From: Felis catus
Lineage: Eukaryota
Reading direction: 5' to 3'
DNA: 64,000 nucleotides
NCBI RefSeq assembly: GCF_018350175.1
Contig: NC_058368.1
Coordinates: 181,104,001-181,168,000, forward strand
The notes below the pieces were generated by a model. It ran no database searches, had not been told where the DNA came from, and was given only the letters and a program-made list of their open reading frames with translations. Position numbers and translations under genes: made by a program. The number at the start of each line of letters is the position of its first letter. Within the stretch, counting starts at the first letter, position 1. Positions 26,767 to 39,960 of this stretch are shown in pieces.

Positions 26767-26992
26767 TTTTTTTTTTTAATCTTTTTTTACATTTTTATTT
26801 ATTTTTGAGAGACAGAGAGACAGAGCACAAGTGGGGGAGGGGCAGAGAGAGAATGAGACACAGAATCCAAAGCAGGCTCCAGGCTCTGAGCTGTCAGCAC
26901 AGAGCCTGATGTGGGACTCGAACTCACTAACCATGAGATCATGACCTGAGCCGAAGTTGGACGTTTAACCCACTGAGCCACCCAGGTGCCCC
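26767..26992 (-). mobile_element. Can-SINE (SINEC_Fc2-like) with TSD
   Basis: Head ends at ...CCCAGGTGCCCC. TATGTCACT flanks both sides (26757, 26993). Confidence 0.95.
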
Positions 26993-27402
26993 TATGTCAC
27001 TCTGTTTTTAGGCAGGGTTTTGAGTTCTGACCTCTTGAATTTTACACGTTGGCTGGGATGGACTGCCTAAAGGGGTTGTTTCTTGTAACATGTCTTTCTC
27101 AGCTAAGCTCAAGTTTGCTTTTTGATAATAAAAACCAAGTAAATGGAAGAGAACAGAGGTAGAAATACAATTAATTTCTCAATTTCACTCATTTTGCTTG
27201 AATTAATAAAGATAAATTGTAAGTATGTTAAAAATTGACACACGCATGTAATCTTATTAAGCTCCAGTATATATAATAGTGTAAACACATGCAGCTGTCA
27301 GCAGGAATCTCTCATAAATATACACACATATTAGCTTAACTATTTTTGCTTCTGAGAATTTTACAATATAGTAGGAACATCTTGGAAAAATGAAAAGGAG
27401 GT

Positions 27403-27587
27403 CAATTTTCAAATTTCCTCTGCATTACAATTACTTGAAAGCTTGTTGAAAATGCTGCATAAGAATTCCAGTCTCGGAAAGCCTGAATTCATAAGCCTGG
27501 AGTGAGGCCTTGGAATCTTCACTTAAACACAACTCTCTACATGACTTTGGTGCAGGTGGGCCATGGCCACACTTTGACAACACTCTA
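27403..27587. mobile_element. MER5A-like MITE, diverged
   Basis: TGCATTACAATTACTTGAAAGCTTGTTGAAAATGC...GTGAGGCCTTGGAATC...TGCAGGTGGGCCATGGCCACACTTTGA. Confidence 0.68.
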
Positions 27588-27829
27588 GCTCACTTATTCA
27601 AAAATATATGTCCTATGCTAGGTGTCCAGGGATGCAAAAAATGAATGAGGCAGAGCCTTTATTCCATGAGTTCACAGGGTAGCATTGGCAGTGGCACACA
27701 ACTACTTGTGTTTATTTGACTGCTCCATTTCTACACTTAGTCAAGGGGGAGGACACTGGTGAAGTTCTTGTTCTCTTAGGAAGATTACAGGCAGTGAAGC
27801 AATCAATGGCTCTGAATTTATATCCTTAC

Positions 27830-28275
27830 CATGGTGTAGAAGGTCTGAAATGATCTGGCCCCTGCTTACCTATGCCTGTATCTCTCACCATTGTCCCCAC
27901 TCCACTGGTCTTCTCACCTTGGCATTTGTGAATGTGGCCGACTCTCCCCAAGATCTCTCCAGTGCTTTCTTTCAGTCATTAATGTCTCAGTTCAAACATT
28001 ACCACTCCTACATAGCTTTCTCTGACAACCCAAATTAAGGCGACAATAGATGACATCCTCCAAAGTCATCATCTGGTTTTATTTTCATCACAGAAAGTAC
28101 TATTGAAAATGATTTTCCTCACTCATTTAAGTAATTATTGCCAGGGCCTCCCAGTAAAATGCACTGAGATCTTGTATTTTTTTCCCACGCTGTTGACATT
28201 TCTCCTAGAACAATATGTAGCACATATAGTACTTAATAAATACTTGCTGAGTCAACGAGTGCAAGAATAAATGAA
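27830..28275 (+). mobile_element. LINE-2 3' end
   Basis: ATGATCTGGCCCCTGCTTACCT...CTAGAACAATATGTAGCACATATAGTACTTAATAAATACTTGCTGA. Confidence 0.78.
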
Positions 28276-29639
28276 CATCCCATCTTTTCCATCCTGTCTC
28301 TCTTCTTACTTCTTAGTATTGATATGAAGATCAGCAAAAAAGAAAAAACGGATGTGTAAGGGACTTGAAAATCGAAAGCAGTCATAAATGCAAAGCATTC
28401 TCACACCACTATTATTATTAATTATTCAGAGCCAGTTGTGAATTGAGACATTATCTTTTTTATGAGAAGCCAAGGGATTCTTTAGAGCTAACTAAGGGTC
28501 AGGAAAAGTGGGGGATGGGAAGACAGAAAAACAACTTGGGATGTGGAGGTAGACCAGAACTCTAAATTTCTCTCAGAATCAGAGATAAATAAAAACATTC
28601 TTCTCTCAAGATTGCTTCTCTTAAGAACTGAAAGAGGAGAGAAGGGTTGCAAGTGTAGCAATGGCAGCCCTTTCATTTACAAATATCAACATTTCAAGTG
28701 AGGGAAAGCTGAATTAATACATGTCCTCAAAGGTACAGCTTTTTCATAGCACAATCTCAGCTCGGTTGTTAAGTAAAAAACAAAACACATAAAGGTTGTA
28801 TCAAACATGGTTTGAGATAGATTATTTAAATCCACAGTATTATTAAAAAGGAAAATGCACGATCTCAACCTATTCACAAGTTGAAAAAAATAATGGACTG
28901 TGAAGAAGTCTTTGGCCGAAGAGTCACACACTTACTTAAAAAAATGTCTTTCAGTAAATTATGATTCAAGAGGGAATCAAAAGCTACCACAGATACACTG
29001 AAAGGGGTTAGCTTGAGGCTTGCTTCTAAGGAACATATGAATTGTTCTGATTTCTCTAAGTGCTCCCCACAGCTGTGCCCTGTCCTCTTGGTTTAAACCG
29101 ATTATCATTATTACGGAGATACTCTCCTAATTGCACGTACCATCATCAGATCTAATAGCAGGTCTGAATTAGGCTGCAGCTGTTTAGGCTGCCCCGCATA
29201 ACCAGCCACCCGGCTGACTGTTGACCTCTGAGAAGGTTAACAGGCATTTATTGACTCTTCACATTTAACACAACCCTACTCTTAAAATACATACATATAT
29301 TCATTATTAATCACACTTTACTTCTAATCACCCCAAAGAGATTTCCTCTGGTTCTACAAGCATAACCTCCTGATCAGTATGGTCCACATTAGCAGGGGTA
29401 GGAAAGAGTTACATGACTTAGAGTTTTGTCCATCACCACAAAGCTGTCAGTCCTGCTAATTTTTGAAAAAAATAGAAATAATAGGGAAAGGCCATGAAAT
29501 GTCAATGGAAGGAATAGCAAAGGAGGAGGAAGCAGTTTTACCAAATGCTTGAGTCCAAGAAAAGCAATGAGACAAAAAAAATAAGGAATGGTTTGTTTGA
29601 TTTTATTCTATTGAAAACATTACACTCATTAAATATATC

Positions 29640-29862
29640 TTTTATATTACTAGGGCCTGTGCTTTGCTGCTAAACACTTCATACATATAATTTAATTGAA
29701 TCCACAGAACAACTGTGAGAGTCAGTATTTTATGTCTCCATTTTACAGACCAGAAAACATAGGCTCTGAATGCTAAATAACTCATCTAAAATCATAAAGT
29801 TGGTAAGTAGTAGCAGAAAGATCTCATCTACAGCAGCTTTTTCCAGAGCCAGTGCCCTTATG
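29640..29862 (-). mobile_element. MIR SINE
   Basis: TTTAATTGAATCCACAGAACAACTGTGAGA...CTCCATTTTACAGACCAGAAAACATAGGCTC. Confidence 0.75.
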
Positions 29863-30929
29863 CCCCCTCTAATGGTATAATACCCATCTTACAGTTCAGC
29901 TTCACAGATGATGAAATATGTCTTGTCTAAAGAAATTCTATGTCTTGTTTAAAGAAAGAATGCCAGGTTTTGGCAAAGATTAGAAGTCAGCGCACTTGGT
30001 AGTGAGGAAAGATAAATTATTTATTTCCAAATGCAAAAAGGTAGCAGACTAAGGCAGCTATTTGCTTTCAGCTATACACAAGTTCTTTGGGTTTGTTATT
30101 GGTGACACAATACTGACTTGTACAGTCTCAAAAAGAAACACATGGAACTAACTTCCAAATAATTTTACAATAGAAAAATAAAGCAAACCAAAATTAGATT
30201 TCCAAAGTTTCCTGAAACGCTAGAAGATCCAGAATACTGGGCACATTCATAGGTGGCTATCTCACGAGATCAGAGAAGTGAGGACCTCTAGAAATGGGAT
30301 GTATATTTCCCAGTTTTCCCTGGTGATAACCACATCTGTCTTTTAAAAATGGGACACTTGCTACTAAAAGACTATCTTCATTTATTTACCTGATTGGCCT
30401 AGCTCCCCTAAACAGGTAAATTTTTAGGATTCTTAGTGTAGAACCTCTTTTTCTTTCTTTTCTTTCTTTTTGGCACATAGATAACTTTATATAGGTAAAG
30501 TACTATTAAAATGAACATCAGTGGCAGAGGGGTGGGGGTGGGGGGCAGTGGAGATGGAAAGCCTGTAGGTGAGGATATGAAAAGCAGGTTGCTAACAAAA
30601 GGTGGGAAATTTATTGCAAAGAAGACAGACTCCCAGCTCCATCTCTCCAAAGGCAGGTGTCTGGGACAACTACTATGCTTTGGTACGGTTATGTTATGCC
30701 CAGACAAAATGAACTTATAAGGAGAATAATAAATAGCTTCCATTCTTCACAGGCATTGAGTGAGTTCTGACGTGCAGCAAAGTGAATGATGCCTACCATG
30801 GTTGCACATTACAATCACCATGAATGTTAACAAAATGCTCACCCAGATGAATTAAATAAGCAGGTCCAATAGGATGTCTTCAGATGATTCTAATACATCT
30901 CCAGGACAGATAACCACTCACCATCTAAG

Positions 30930-31200
30930 CACAAGGGCACTAGTATCAAGGGGTGACCATATAAAGTCCTCTGCAGTCAGGCTCACAAGGGCACTAGTAT
31001 CAAAGGGTGACCATATAGGTCTTCTGCAGTCAGGCTTCCTTGGTTCAAATCCCATCTCTGCCACTCACAAGCCGATTGTGGGTGACTCTGGACAAGATAT
31101 TTTACTAACATTTCAGCTAGTAATGGCTTAAAATTAAAGTGAGAGAATGCACATAAAGTGCTTAGAATACTAATCACTCAATAAATGATAACCATTATCA
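30930..31200 (+). mobile_element. MIR SINE with a tandemly duplicated 5' head
   Basis: B-box GGTTCAAATCCC followed by CTCTGCCACTCAC...GTGACTCTGGACAAG and 3' GCACATAAAGTGCTTAGAA. The first ~54 bp occur twice. Confidence 0.72.
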
Positions 31201-31869
31201 CTATCATATGTTGCTGATAGCATTGATTCCCATTTGAGGGACAGGTAATTAGTGATAAGTTTCGTCATAGTCCTCCTAAATTAGGAATCACTTCAAGACC
31301 TCCAATCCCAAACCTAGCACTTCAGTGAAACAATGACAATTAATAAGTGATCTCAGAATCTGAGTCCATCACAAAGAACTCCAAAGAACAGATGGCTCAG
31401 CAGGAACTGAATTCTATCTTGCTAAGTACAAAAAACTCACATATGAACAAAGTTAATTAATTAACTTATTCTTTCATTCAGAGTATACACAGAGTGTTTA
31501 CTGTGTGGCAAGCATTGTGCTAGCATGCAGCTCTTTTCTCACCCAAGCATCATTCCGAGATTATTTTGCCTTTAGAATATTCAACAAATACATTGGGAAC
31601 ATCATGTCCAAAGCTACCTTTAGGCTCTGGGGCTAGAAAGACCATTAGATGTGGACATATGGACCCTCCACTAAGGGATATTAGAGTTTAGTGGGAAGAA
31701 ACTACATGTAATGTACCCAGAGGTAGAAGAAGAGAATTATGAGTATGTAAAGATAGGTGATATCTGAATGTTGGCGATTAAAACAAAATCAATTTGATAC
31801 AGATCAAGTATGGATCAATATTTGTTGGTAGCAGTTTAGAAGTTGACAGACTAAAATTACACATTAATT

Positions 31870-32079
31870 TTTTAAAAAAAATTATTTTGATATAATTTAA
31901 GATACACAAGAAGTTGCAAAAATAGTACAAGAAATTCCTATGAAGCCTTTGCCCAGATTTCTCCAGTGACATCTTCTATAACTATAGCACAGTATCAAAA
32001 CCAGGAACCTGACACTGGTATAATATTATTAAGTAAACCATAGACCTTATTCAAATTTCACCAGTTTTTACAAGTATTC

Positions 32080-32110
<31 letters not shown>

Positions 32111-32130
32111 TCTATGAAATTTTATCATAA
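31870..32130 (-). mobile_element. Old LINE-1 3' end (L1MC-like) with an internal (TG)n
   Basis: ATTTTGATATAATTTAAGATACACAAGAAGTTGCAAAAATAGTACA...TATCAAAACCAGGAA...CAAATTTCACCAGTTTT. Confidence 0.8.
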
Positions 32131-34939
32131 GCCTATACAGTAATTTAAAAATGCATAGAAAACATGTAAGAAATATCATCTCAAAGTGATGCAATTTAAA
32201 GGGAGGGAACCCAGCAATTAATTAGAACTAGGGCAATTAAATTAAAATTAAATTTTTGTACTGGAAAAACAAAATGAAACACTATTGTTTTCAACAAAGC
32301 AACTCTGTTCCAACTGAAGTTCAAAGAAATACTTGCATATTATTTATAACAGATTATACAAAAAGCTTTAAATGCAGAGGGCATTTGTACAGGCACAAGG
32401 GGGAGAGGTACATATGCAAAATGCAAAAACAGATAATCATCCTGGAAGGTTTCCCAAAGAACAAATGTTATATCTAAGTCAGAAGGATAAGAAACCTACA
32501 TTCTCAAATAATTCAGGTGTGGAAGTAAACTAAAAAAAACCCAAAAATACCAAATGTACTTGGAGAAATTCTCAACTCATATAAGCATGCATTGTCCTTT
32601 TCATATCTGAGTCAACCAAAAGAAGAAAGCAGTTTTCCCATGTTTTTCATCATAGCAAAAAGCAACACAGCTCTCCAAACCTTCAGCTCCCTCCTTTCTT
32701 CCTTTCCTTCTTCAGAAACGACTTTGAAAAAAAAAATTGAAAATATGATTTTTCTAATACCCTGCCAGCCTTTTAAATGAATGCATACATGCTCATAATT
32801 ACAAGTAAGGCATTTGCTATTTTGCATCAGTGGAATTTAAGAAATTAAAAACCAAAAGGGGGTTTTCAGGAACACAGCACAATTGCCTTTTTAATAATAG
32901 ATTTGGCTCCTCTAATCCATTCTTAATCTAATTAAGACAATGAAAAGCATTGGGCTGCCATCTCAGAAAATGGCAAGGATGCTATAAACAGAGTGCAATA
33001 AAGTGATCAGTTCACACCCCATCAAATTTACTCACAGTCTGAATAACTGTTCCTATTTTCTGTGTTTCATTTTTACAAGTTAACAAATGTTTTCATTTGA
33101 TTTCCATGGCTTCATCTTCCGATCAAGCACAGGCTGTGGGACTTCTAGTTCTGGGAAGCGTGTCATATCTGTTGAAGCAGCACCCAGTATGTGATTATGG
33201 AACCCTACAAATTGAAGCTAACATCTCCAATAAGCAAAGATAATAATTAAGTGGTAAACCTTTGGCATTGAAAACAGCAACGGTGTTATTAATACCCAAA
33301 TGGGCACAAAAACAAACAGCACTGATGGAATTTAATTAAATCATTTTATGATTGTGTATTCTTCCCAAGCTCAGCTGATTACTCTGGTTACCCTGAGATG
33401 AGCATTTAAATCTGAAAGCTAAGATGCTATCTAATGGCCTTTTGTTCAAATATTTCCTAGAGAAAAAAAGGTGAATTTTTTTTTTAATCAAAAGTAGAAA
33501 TCGAGTACTGGAGCTGGGCTTTGGTCTCTATTCCCACTACCAGGATAAGAAATTTTAAGGGGATGAAGTTTTAGTCTAACTGAAGAGTTTTGCTTGGCTT
33601 TCTTTTTGTTCTTAAGTAATGAGCAACTCTGGGAGAAAATGGACTGTTTGCTGTTTCCCTTAATCATAATTAAGATAGTTGGACTGTTTATTCAACTACT
33701 TACTTTATAACACTAAAGATTCAAAAAAATCCTGCCATGATTCAAGTCTGAGTCTCTCCTCCTACCACTGTCCAAATCTGTGGATGCCAATTGGAAAATC
33801 CATCATATTCTGAAATTATAACACAACTGAAGAACCAGCACTTGCTCTTTGCTTTTGCAGAAGCAAAATTATAATGAATAATGACAGACAGTGAAGCCCA
33901 AATGGATCAAGATGTCTCGATGTCAGGATCAAGGAACTATAACTTGCTAATTACTTTGTTAGAAACAAAACAAAACAAAAACAATCAACCAACCTGGATT
34001 CCAAAAGATACTGGCAGCCAATTACCCAATCAGTGAGGCTTCATAAGGATAGGATCACCTGATGATATTTACTACCTACTAATCTTTAAAGAAGAGCCAG
34101 AGAGATAAGCAGATACTTCTCAACATATAGGACAAAAAAAATTGCCCCATTCCATATTATTTGCAGCAACAAGGCAGTACACAATATGTAATAATAAAAA
34201 TCCTTTTTAGGTGACAAAATGTATATTTCATTCGGAAATGAGATAAAGTTGTATAGAATGTTTATGAGTATTGTCAGAAGCTCTGTGCAGTTCTCATAAA
34301 TTGTAATTTTACCCTTAGATTCCTCGTTTACATACAGTAACTAATATGAAGAATTCTGAACCCCCACAGCAAGATAAAGGCAGCATTTACTTCCAGTCAG
34401 AGCCATCAAGGACAATGAAGCACACAGATAAGGAAGATCACCCTCTCACATACTTTATGAGGACTTTATGCTTATTCTATGGGAAAATAAAAGCAAAACG
34501 GAGGATGAGGGATGGATGAGCTTTAAGAAGCTGACTGCTATGGGGTATGGTATGCATGAACCATAAGTGGCTTGTCTTAATTCTCCCAGCATTCCCCACT
34601 GCTCCTTGTTCATTCTTCCAGATCACATTCTTAGGGTGGACCACATGATCTTGTTGATCTTGATGTGTTTCTCTCTTCCTCATGAAATCGGAAAACCATA
34701 GGCTGGAAAAATCTTTTTAAAAATTTTTTTTTAATTTTTTTTTATATTCCACAATCTTTAAATCCAATCCAGTGAATCCAACCTAAAAGTGAATCCTATG
34801 AATCTTATGAAGTGAATCCTAGGAATCTAGCCTAGAAGTGTTTCCTGCTTCCCAAATATAAATGCAAAAGAATATTTCCTCTCTTGCATGAGTTAATAGA
34901 CCACACAACTCTACCCTTGTCGTTTAACAAGCAAAAGTG

Positions 34940-35090
34940 GCAGAATAATGTAGTGAAAGTAATCAAGGCATAGAACTGTGGAGGCCTGGGTTCCTGTCCT
35001 GTATCATTACCACCTCAGTGCAAAAGATAACCTTAACTTTCTCTCTGGGTGAAGATTTCTGCATACGCAAAAGGTAGAGATCAGAGGAAA
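34940..35090 (+). mobile_element. MIR SINE
   Basis: GGCAGAATAATGTAGTGAAA...CCTGGGTTCCTGTCCTG...CTTAACTTTCTCTCTGGG. Confidence 0.6.
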
Positions 35091-35091
35091 T

Positions 35092-35345
35092 CAGAGTAAC
35101 TAAATGGCCCACAACGGGCCCAAAATGGCCTTCCAGCAAATATTGTTTATCCCACCACAATTTTTATACATTTTTGCATTAGTTAATGACATTCAAAAAC
35201 TATGAACTTTCTCAAAGAAGTTAGACATGGTGTTGTCACTATAGTTGTCTAACGCTGGCATATCCTTAGATGTATCAGCTGGACTGAGCAGCAGCATATG
35301 CCTTCTCAGCTTACTCTGATCACGTCATTTATTTGTCCAGGCAAG
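35092..35345. mobile_element. MER102-like hAT MITE, diverged
   Basis: TGGCCCACAACGGGCCCAAAATGGCC...TTTTTGCATTAGTTAATGACATTCAAAAA...CAGCTGGACTGAGCAGCAGC. Confidence 0.6.
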
Positions 35346-35869
35346 AGCGAGAACATATGATGAACTGGGAACCTGAGAACTCTGTACTCCTAACCTCTAA
35401 ATATTCCTAAAGTTAAAAAAAAACCCACTAATTTATTATTGGTTGATTTTTAATATTTTTATGCTAAAGCTCAATATAAATAAAAAGAAAACCCACCATA
35501 AAAACTCATGATTTTCTTTTTTCAGAACAATATACCTAGTGATTTCTAGGTAAAATTTTTTTTCACAGTTGTATCATTAAGACGCAGTTAGCAGTTCATC
35601 TACTTATTGACATTTTCTTTAAAGCTGTGTTAAAAATAGGACACTAACACTCATATATACACACAAAGCTTGGCTTATTTTCTTCTTACGAGAGAAAAAG
35701 GAATGGATCTGAGGACATGTATGTGTTAAAAACTAACTTCCCAGTTTCACCAGGGCATAAACTTGGATTTCTGTGTGTTGGTGCTTGGATTTATGTAGCT
35801 TATTTTTCTCAGTGAGTGACAGTGGGCTGGCTTCTGATGTCACAGAATCCAATACTGGTTGATGTAGGT

Positions 35870-36370
35870 GGGACCTTCAAGTTCAATTACCACCTTTTAT
35901 AGATGAACAAACTGACCTAAAAGGTGTTGTCAGTTACCTGACTCCCTCTCTCTGCCCCTTCCTACATGGATAACTCTGGACAAAATAGGCAAGTTCCCAT
36001 TTTCTCATTTGTAATGTCTAGTAATACTAATAACATCCATCTCATAGTGTGGTTGGACAATTAACAGAACATGTACAAAGTACCTCACAGAGTTCTCCTA
36101 TATAATAATAATGGCTAACATTAATTGAACTAAGATAATCCTCATCATATCCTTTCTATGAGATAAGTAATATAATTATCTTGGTATTATGAATTAGAAA
36201 ATGAAAACACCTAGACGTCAAGTGACTTGCCCAAAGTCACAGAGTAAGTAGTGGCACCAGCATTACCACCACCAGTGGACTGCCCAGTCTGACACAGGAA
36301 CCTGGGCTTTCAACCACTAAGTTCTTTGTGTCATGCTCTTCATACAGCACTTAATAGTGGATAGGTGTTA
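35870..36370. mobile_element. Cluster of MIR fragments in both orientations
   Basis: TTTTATAGATGAACAAACTGA (minus), TTTTCTCATTTGTAATG...CTCATAGTGTGGTTG (plus), AAGTGACTTGCCCAAAGTCACAGAGTAAGTAGTGGCA (minus). Confidence 0.7.
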
Positions 36371-38589
36371 TTCATTTTAATAATGAAATTATTTTTATAA
36401 CCAGACCTGACTCTTCTATGTCTCTACCTGCTCAGATCTGCCAAAAGGAAATTTTTATTCATGACCCTTCTGTATTCGCTGTGGTCCAAATTTTGCAATT
36501 TTGCACCTAGAGCAAATGTGTCTATTTTTGTTATTGGAAACTCACCAATGGACATTTCCATTTCTGAACAAGCATTTTGAAGATTTTCCAAATGCCACCA
36601 TTTGGAAAACCTTAGAGTTGAATGCTGCCACACTTGTCATTTGATGGTCTCATGTCATCTAGAAGGTCAGAGAGAAGTCATATATTAAAGTTCCCCTCCA
36701 AACATGCCGTATGTCAGGGATGTGCTACATAAATGTAGCATGCTTGTAGTCAATGTATGATAACAGTTTGTCATATACAATTCACTGAGTCCAATTGAAA
36801 TTAATGAAGGGTGTAAAAATGACAGCTATCTGACATATTTCAAATCTCAATTTGACATTTACAACCTTTTAAAGTTATTTTTAAATGCAGCCGTGTTTAA
36901 AATGTATTGAATATATCATATGCCACTAAAACCACTGTTGGATGACTGGGTGTGTAGCCATGGAAATTAACACAGGGCCACATTCCCTGGTCTTAAAAAA
37001 ATCATGCGGTATATCTAGATATAAACAAATAAGGCAAGGTATCTTATGAAAATTAAATAAATGCCACCTTCTACCTATCTGTTTTTGGGTGTGTGTTCAT
37101 TTCTATGGAAATGTATGCCTTGAGGGAAAGTCTCATACAGGTGGAAATGTGCATGTAGAAGCTTGGCGATGGAGGGAATATAAACAGAGAGCAGTGGACG
37201 ATGAAGACAGCTCTATTGGGGACAGCACAGTGCAGGTGTGAGCAGTGTGGGAGGGATGCAAAAAAAATTAGCAATGCTAGATTTTGAGAACTTGTGCTCC
37301 AGTCCTGGCTCCAACGATAACTCGTGAATTCCGACCTTGGACATGGCAATGAGACTTCCTTGTTTATTTGTAAAAGAAGCACTTCAAGAAACTCATGGGG
37401 TGTAAATCCTGATCAATTGAGGTAAATGTGTATAAATTGCTCAGAGTATCTAGAATATGATGCAAATGTATCATTCAATCTACATGTTAAATTGTCTCAA
37501 ACTACCTCTTCATCAAGCCTTGACAAAATTCTCCCTTCCTCCTAGCAATCCCAATGCCACAATGTTGCTTGAAGAGGTATATGCAAGAAGAGAAGGTGGG
37601 GTCTCTGACATGGAGACAGCCTTCTTCTGTGGCATTACCTGCATGCAGCCCTAGACCAGGGCTTCCCCATATTCTTCTAGCAGCACAGTTCTTGTGAGAC
37701 ACCCAGCAGGCCAGACTAAGTGGGAACCTCACACCTGTTCCAACCACGAATGCTCTTCTTTGATCTATTTTATATACTGAAGCATGAAGGAAAATCTGCT
37801 TGCTACCAAAGGGGAAAAAAAAAGAGATATTGATACTGACACATTAAATGACATTATGATCTAAACACAAAGAGTGATAGTATAAGCAACAGCTCCCTAA
37901 GAATAAGAGTGCAGGTGTATATGGGATTCAGCACTGAAAAGCCCTGGGGTATTGTCAAAGATAGTTATTGTGAAGGCAGATATTTTGGGAAGGCTTACAG
38001 TTATTGGTGGGTATAACCAAAGCAGGTGACCATTTCTCCTTATAAAATAATCCACATTCAACTAGTGGGAGGCCCAGATTTCCTTGGTATTCCCAGGGCT
38101 TAGTTCAGGCTGGGCACATAGTAAATGTATAATAAAATTTGATGAACTAATGCATTTATGAGGGATTATCTCCTTATGGATCCGAGAGGGTTTAATACAT
38201 TGACATCTCCTGATATAGGGATCTAAGAAGATTGTAATAAAGAACTAAATATAGATTGCATAGTTTCCTGTGAAAAATATATTGATAATAACTAACATAT
38301 CCAAAAGAAATGAACCAGAAGAAGCATCCACAAATATTCATCTAAGACTTGTGGAATAAAACAAGAAAAGGAGTCACTTAACAAATGCTACTTGATTCAA
38401 TGTAGCCCGTCTCAAGCTTATCACTCAAGCCTGTTCCATCACTGTAGAAGAGTGAATTCACAAGCCCTTCATTGGCCTACATTAGATAGCACAGCCTAGC
38501 ACAGTACAGCTAGGGTTCTCACATTCTAACACAGCAATCCCATTTATTTGCTGCTTCAGAAATTCACTCTACCAAACTGCTCTACCAAC

Positions 38590-38646
38590 TGCTGACTGTT
38601 CAGAGCCTGGAGTCAGCTTCGGATTCTGTGTCTCCCTCTCTCTCCG

Positions 38647-38688
<42 letters not shown>

Positions 38689-38728
38689 CCTCTCTTTCCC
38701 TCAAAAATAAATAAAACATTAAAAAAAA
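38590..38728 (+). mobile_element. 5'-truncated Can-SINE with an expanded (CT)n
   Basis: GCTGACTGTTCAGAGCCTGGAG...CGGATTCTGTGTCTCCCTCTC...CAAAAATAAATAAAACATTAAAA. Confidence 0.88.
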
Positions 38729-39644
38729 GAATAGCTGATTCTACCTTACAAATTACAGTCAAATTAAAGTTTCCAACCAAGTCTCTATTTTTGTGTGTGC
38801 TTTTATCTCCAATTGTCTTAAAAAAAATTCTAAGTTTTTTGCATCCTGAGAAAAGAGCAAATCAAATTCAAACTGACCAGTGCGAGAGGACTTAGGGAGA
38901 AGAGAAGGACGTGTAAGTGGGGTTAAACAGCAGCCAGGGGTGGCCAACATAAAATCATCTCAAGAAATTGCATATTCTTTGCTGGATAACCAAAAATCAA
39001 TGAGATTGTGGGCTTGAGTCAACAGACACAGATTAGAAATAGGACTCTACTCGTGTAAGTCTGGGCAACAACCTTTCCAATCCTCAGTATTGTCATCTCT
39101 AAAGTGGGAGCAATAATGCATGGCAGGCCTATTTCAAGGGGTCTTATGGCTGGACTCTGAACAAAGCACACAAATATCACACGAGGCATCACACAAAGCA
39201 TATAGTGAGGGATATGATAGAAAAAAAGAGGATCATCCTCCACCTCCCTCAAATGATTTTCTAAAATTTAAAGACAGGGGTAGAATGTTCACTCATGAAC
39301 AACAAAGAATTGTTTCATTCATTATTATTTTTACTAATTTAATTCAAGTTTACAGGGTATGGGTTTCCTCAACTGAAAAAGTTGTAATTGTCTGTTTGAC
39401 CACAAGAAATGATAGCAGTCGCTAAACAGCAAAATCACTAAAAGAAAAAAGGAAGAATCTATTTCCTCTTCCAAGAGAAGACATTTGGGTGTCCTATCTG
39501 ACAAGCATTCAAAAACCTCTCCCCACCAAAGCACAAAAGCATTTTCAAGAAACACTGGACAACCCTCCAAAAAAATAATGTTTTGTTTTTTTGCAAATCT
39601 GTAGGCTCCTGTGAGACACAAAGCAACAAGCTCTAGTCCATTAG

Positions 39645-39960
39645 TATGACAGGTAGCGCTCTTACTAACAACTGCTTTTTACTCCTTCTGACAAATGTGC
39701 TTGGTGCCACGGTTGACGTTTGTGTGGTAATCAGGAGTGATGGAGAGGGGACGTCGGCGCTGCCGAAAGTGCCCCCCGATTTAATGTGAACGATTTGTCA
39801 AACGTGCTGTGATAGCAATGCTGTCAGACCCGGGCAGGGAAGCACTCTGTCATCTTTGCGCCAACCAAGGTCACTTTGGCAGGGGGAGGAGGGCTCTCGC
39901 CAATGAAATTTTCATGTTTATCAGTGATGTGCATGGCCTACTTTCACAACTTGTTTTTCC
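39645..39960. promoter_or_regulatory. Candidate conserved enhancer (repeat-free, CpG-enriched)
   Basis: About 13 CpGs in ~250 bp in a CpG-depleted window, three TGACAG/CTGTCA motifs, and CCAAGGTCA at 39865-39873. Function is inferred only. Confidence 0.45.

Noticed and set aside
30522..30556. G-quadruplex-like GGGGTGGGGGTGGGGG
   Set aside because: Only three long G-runs, and no functional context
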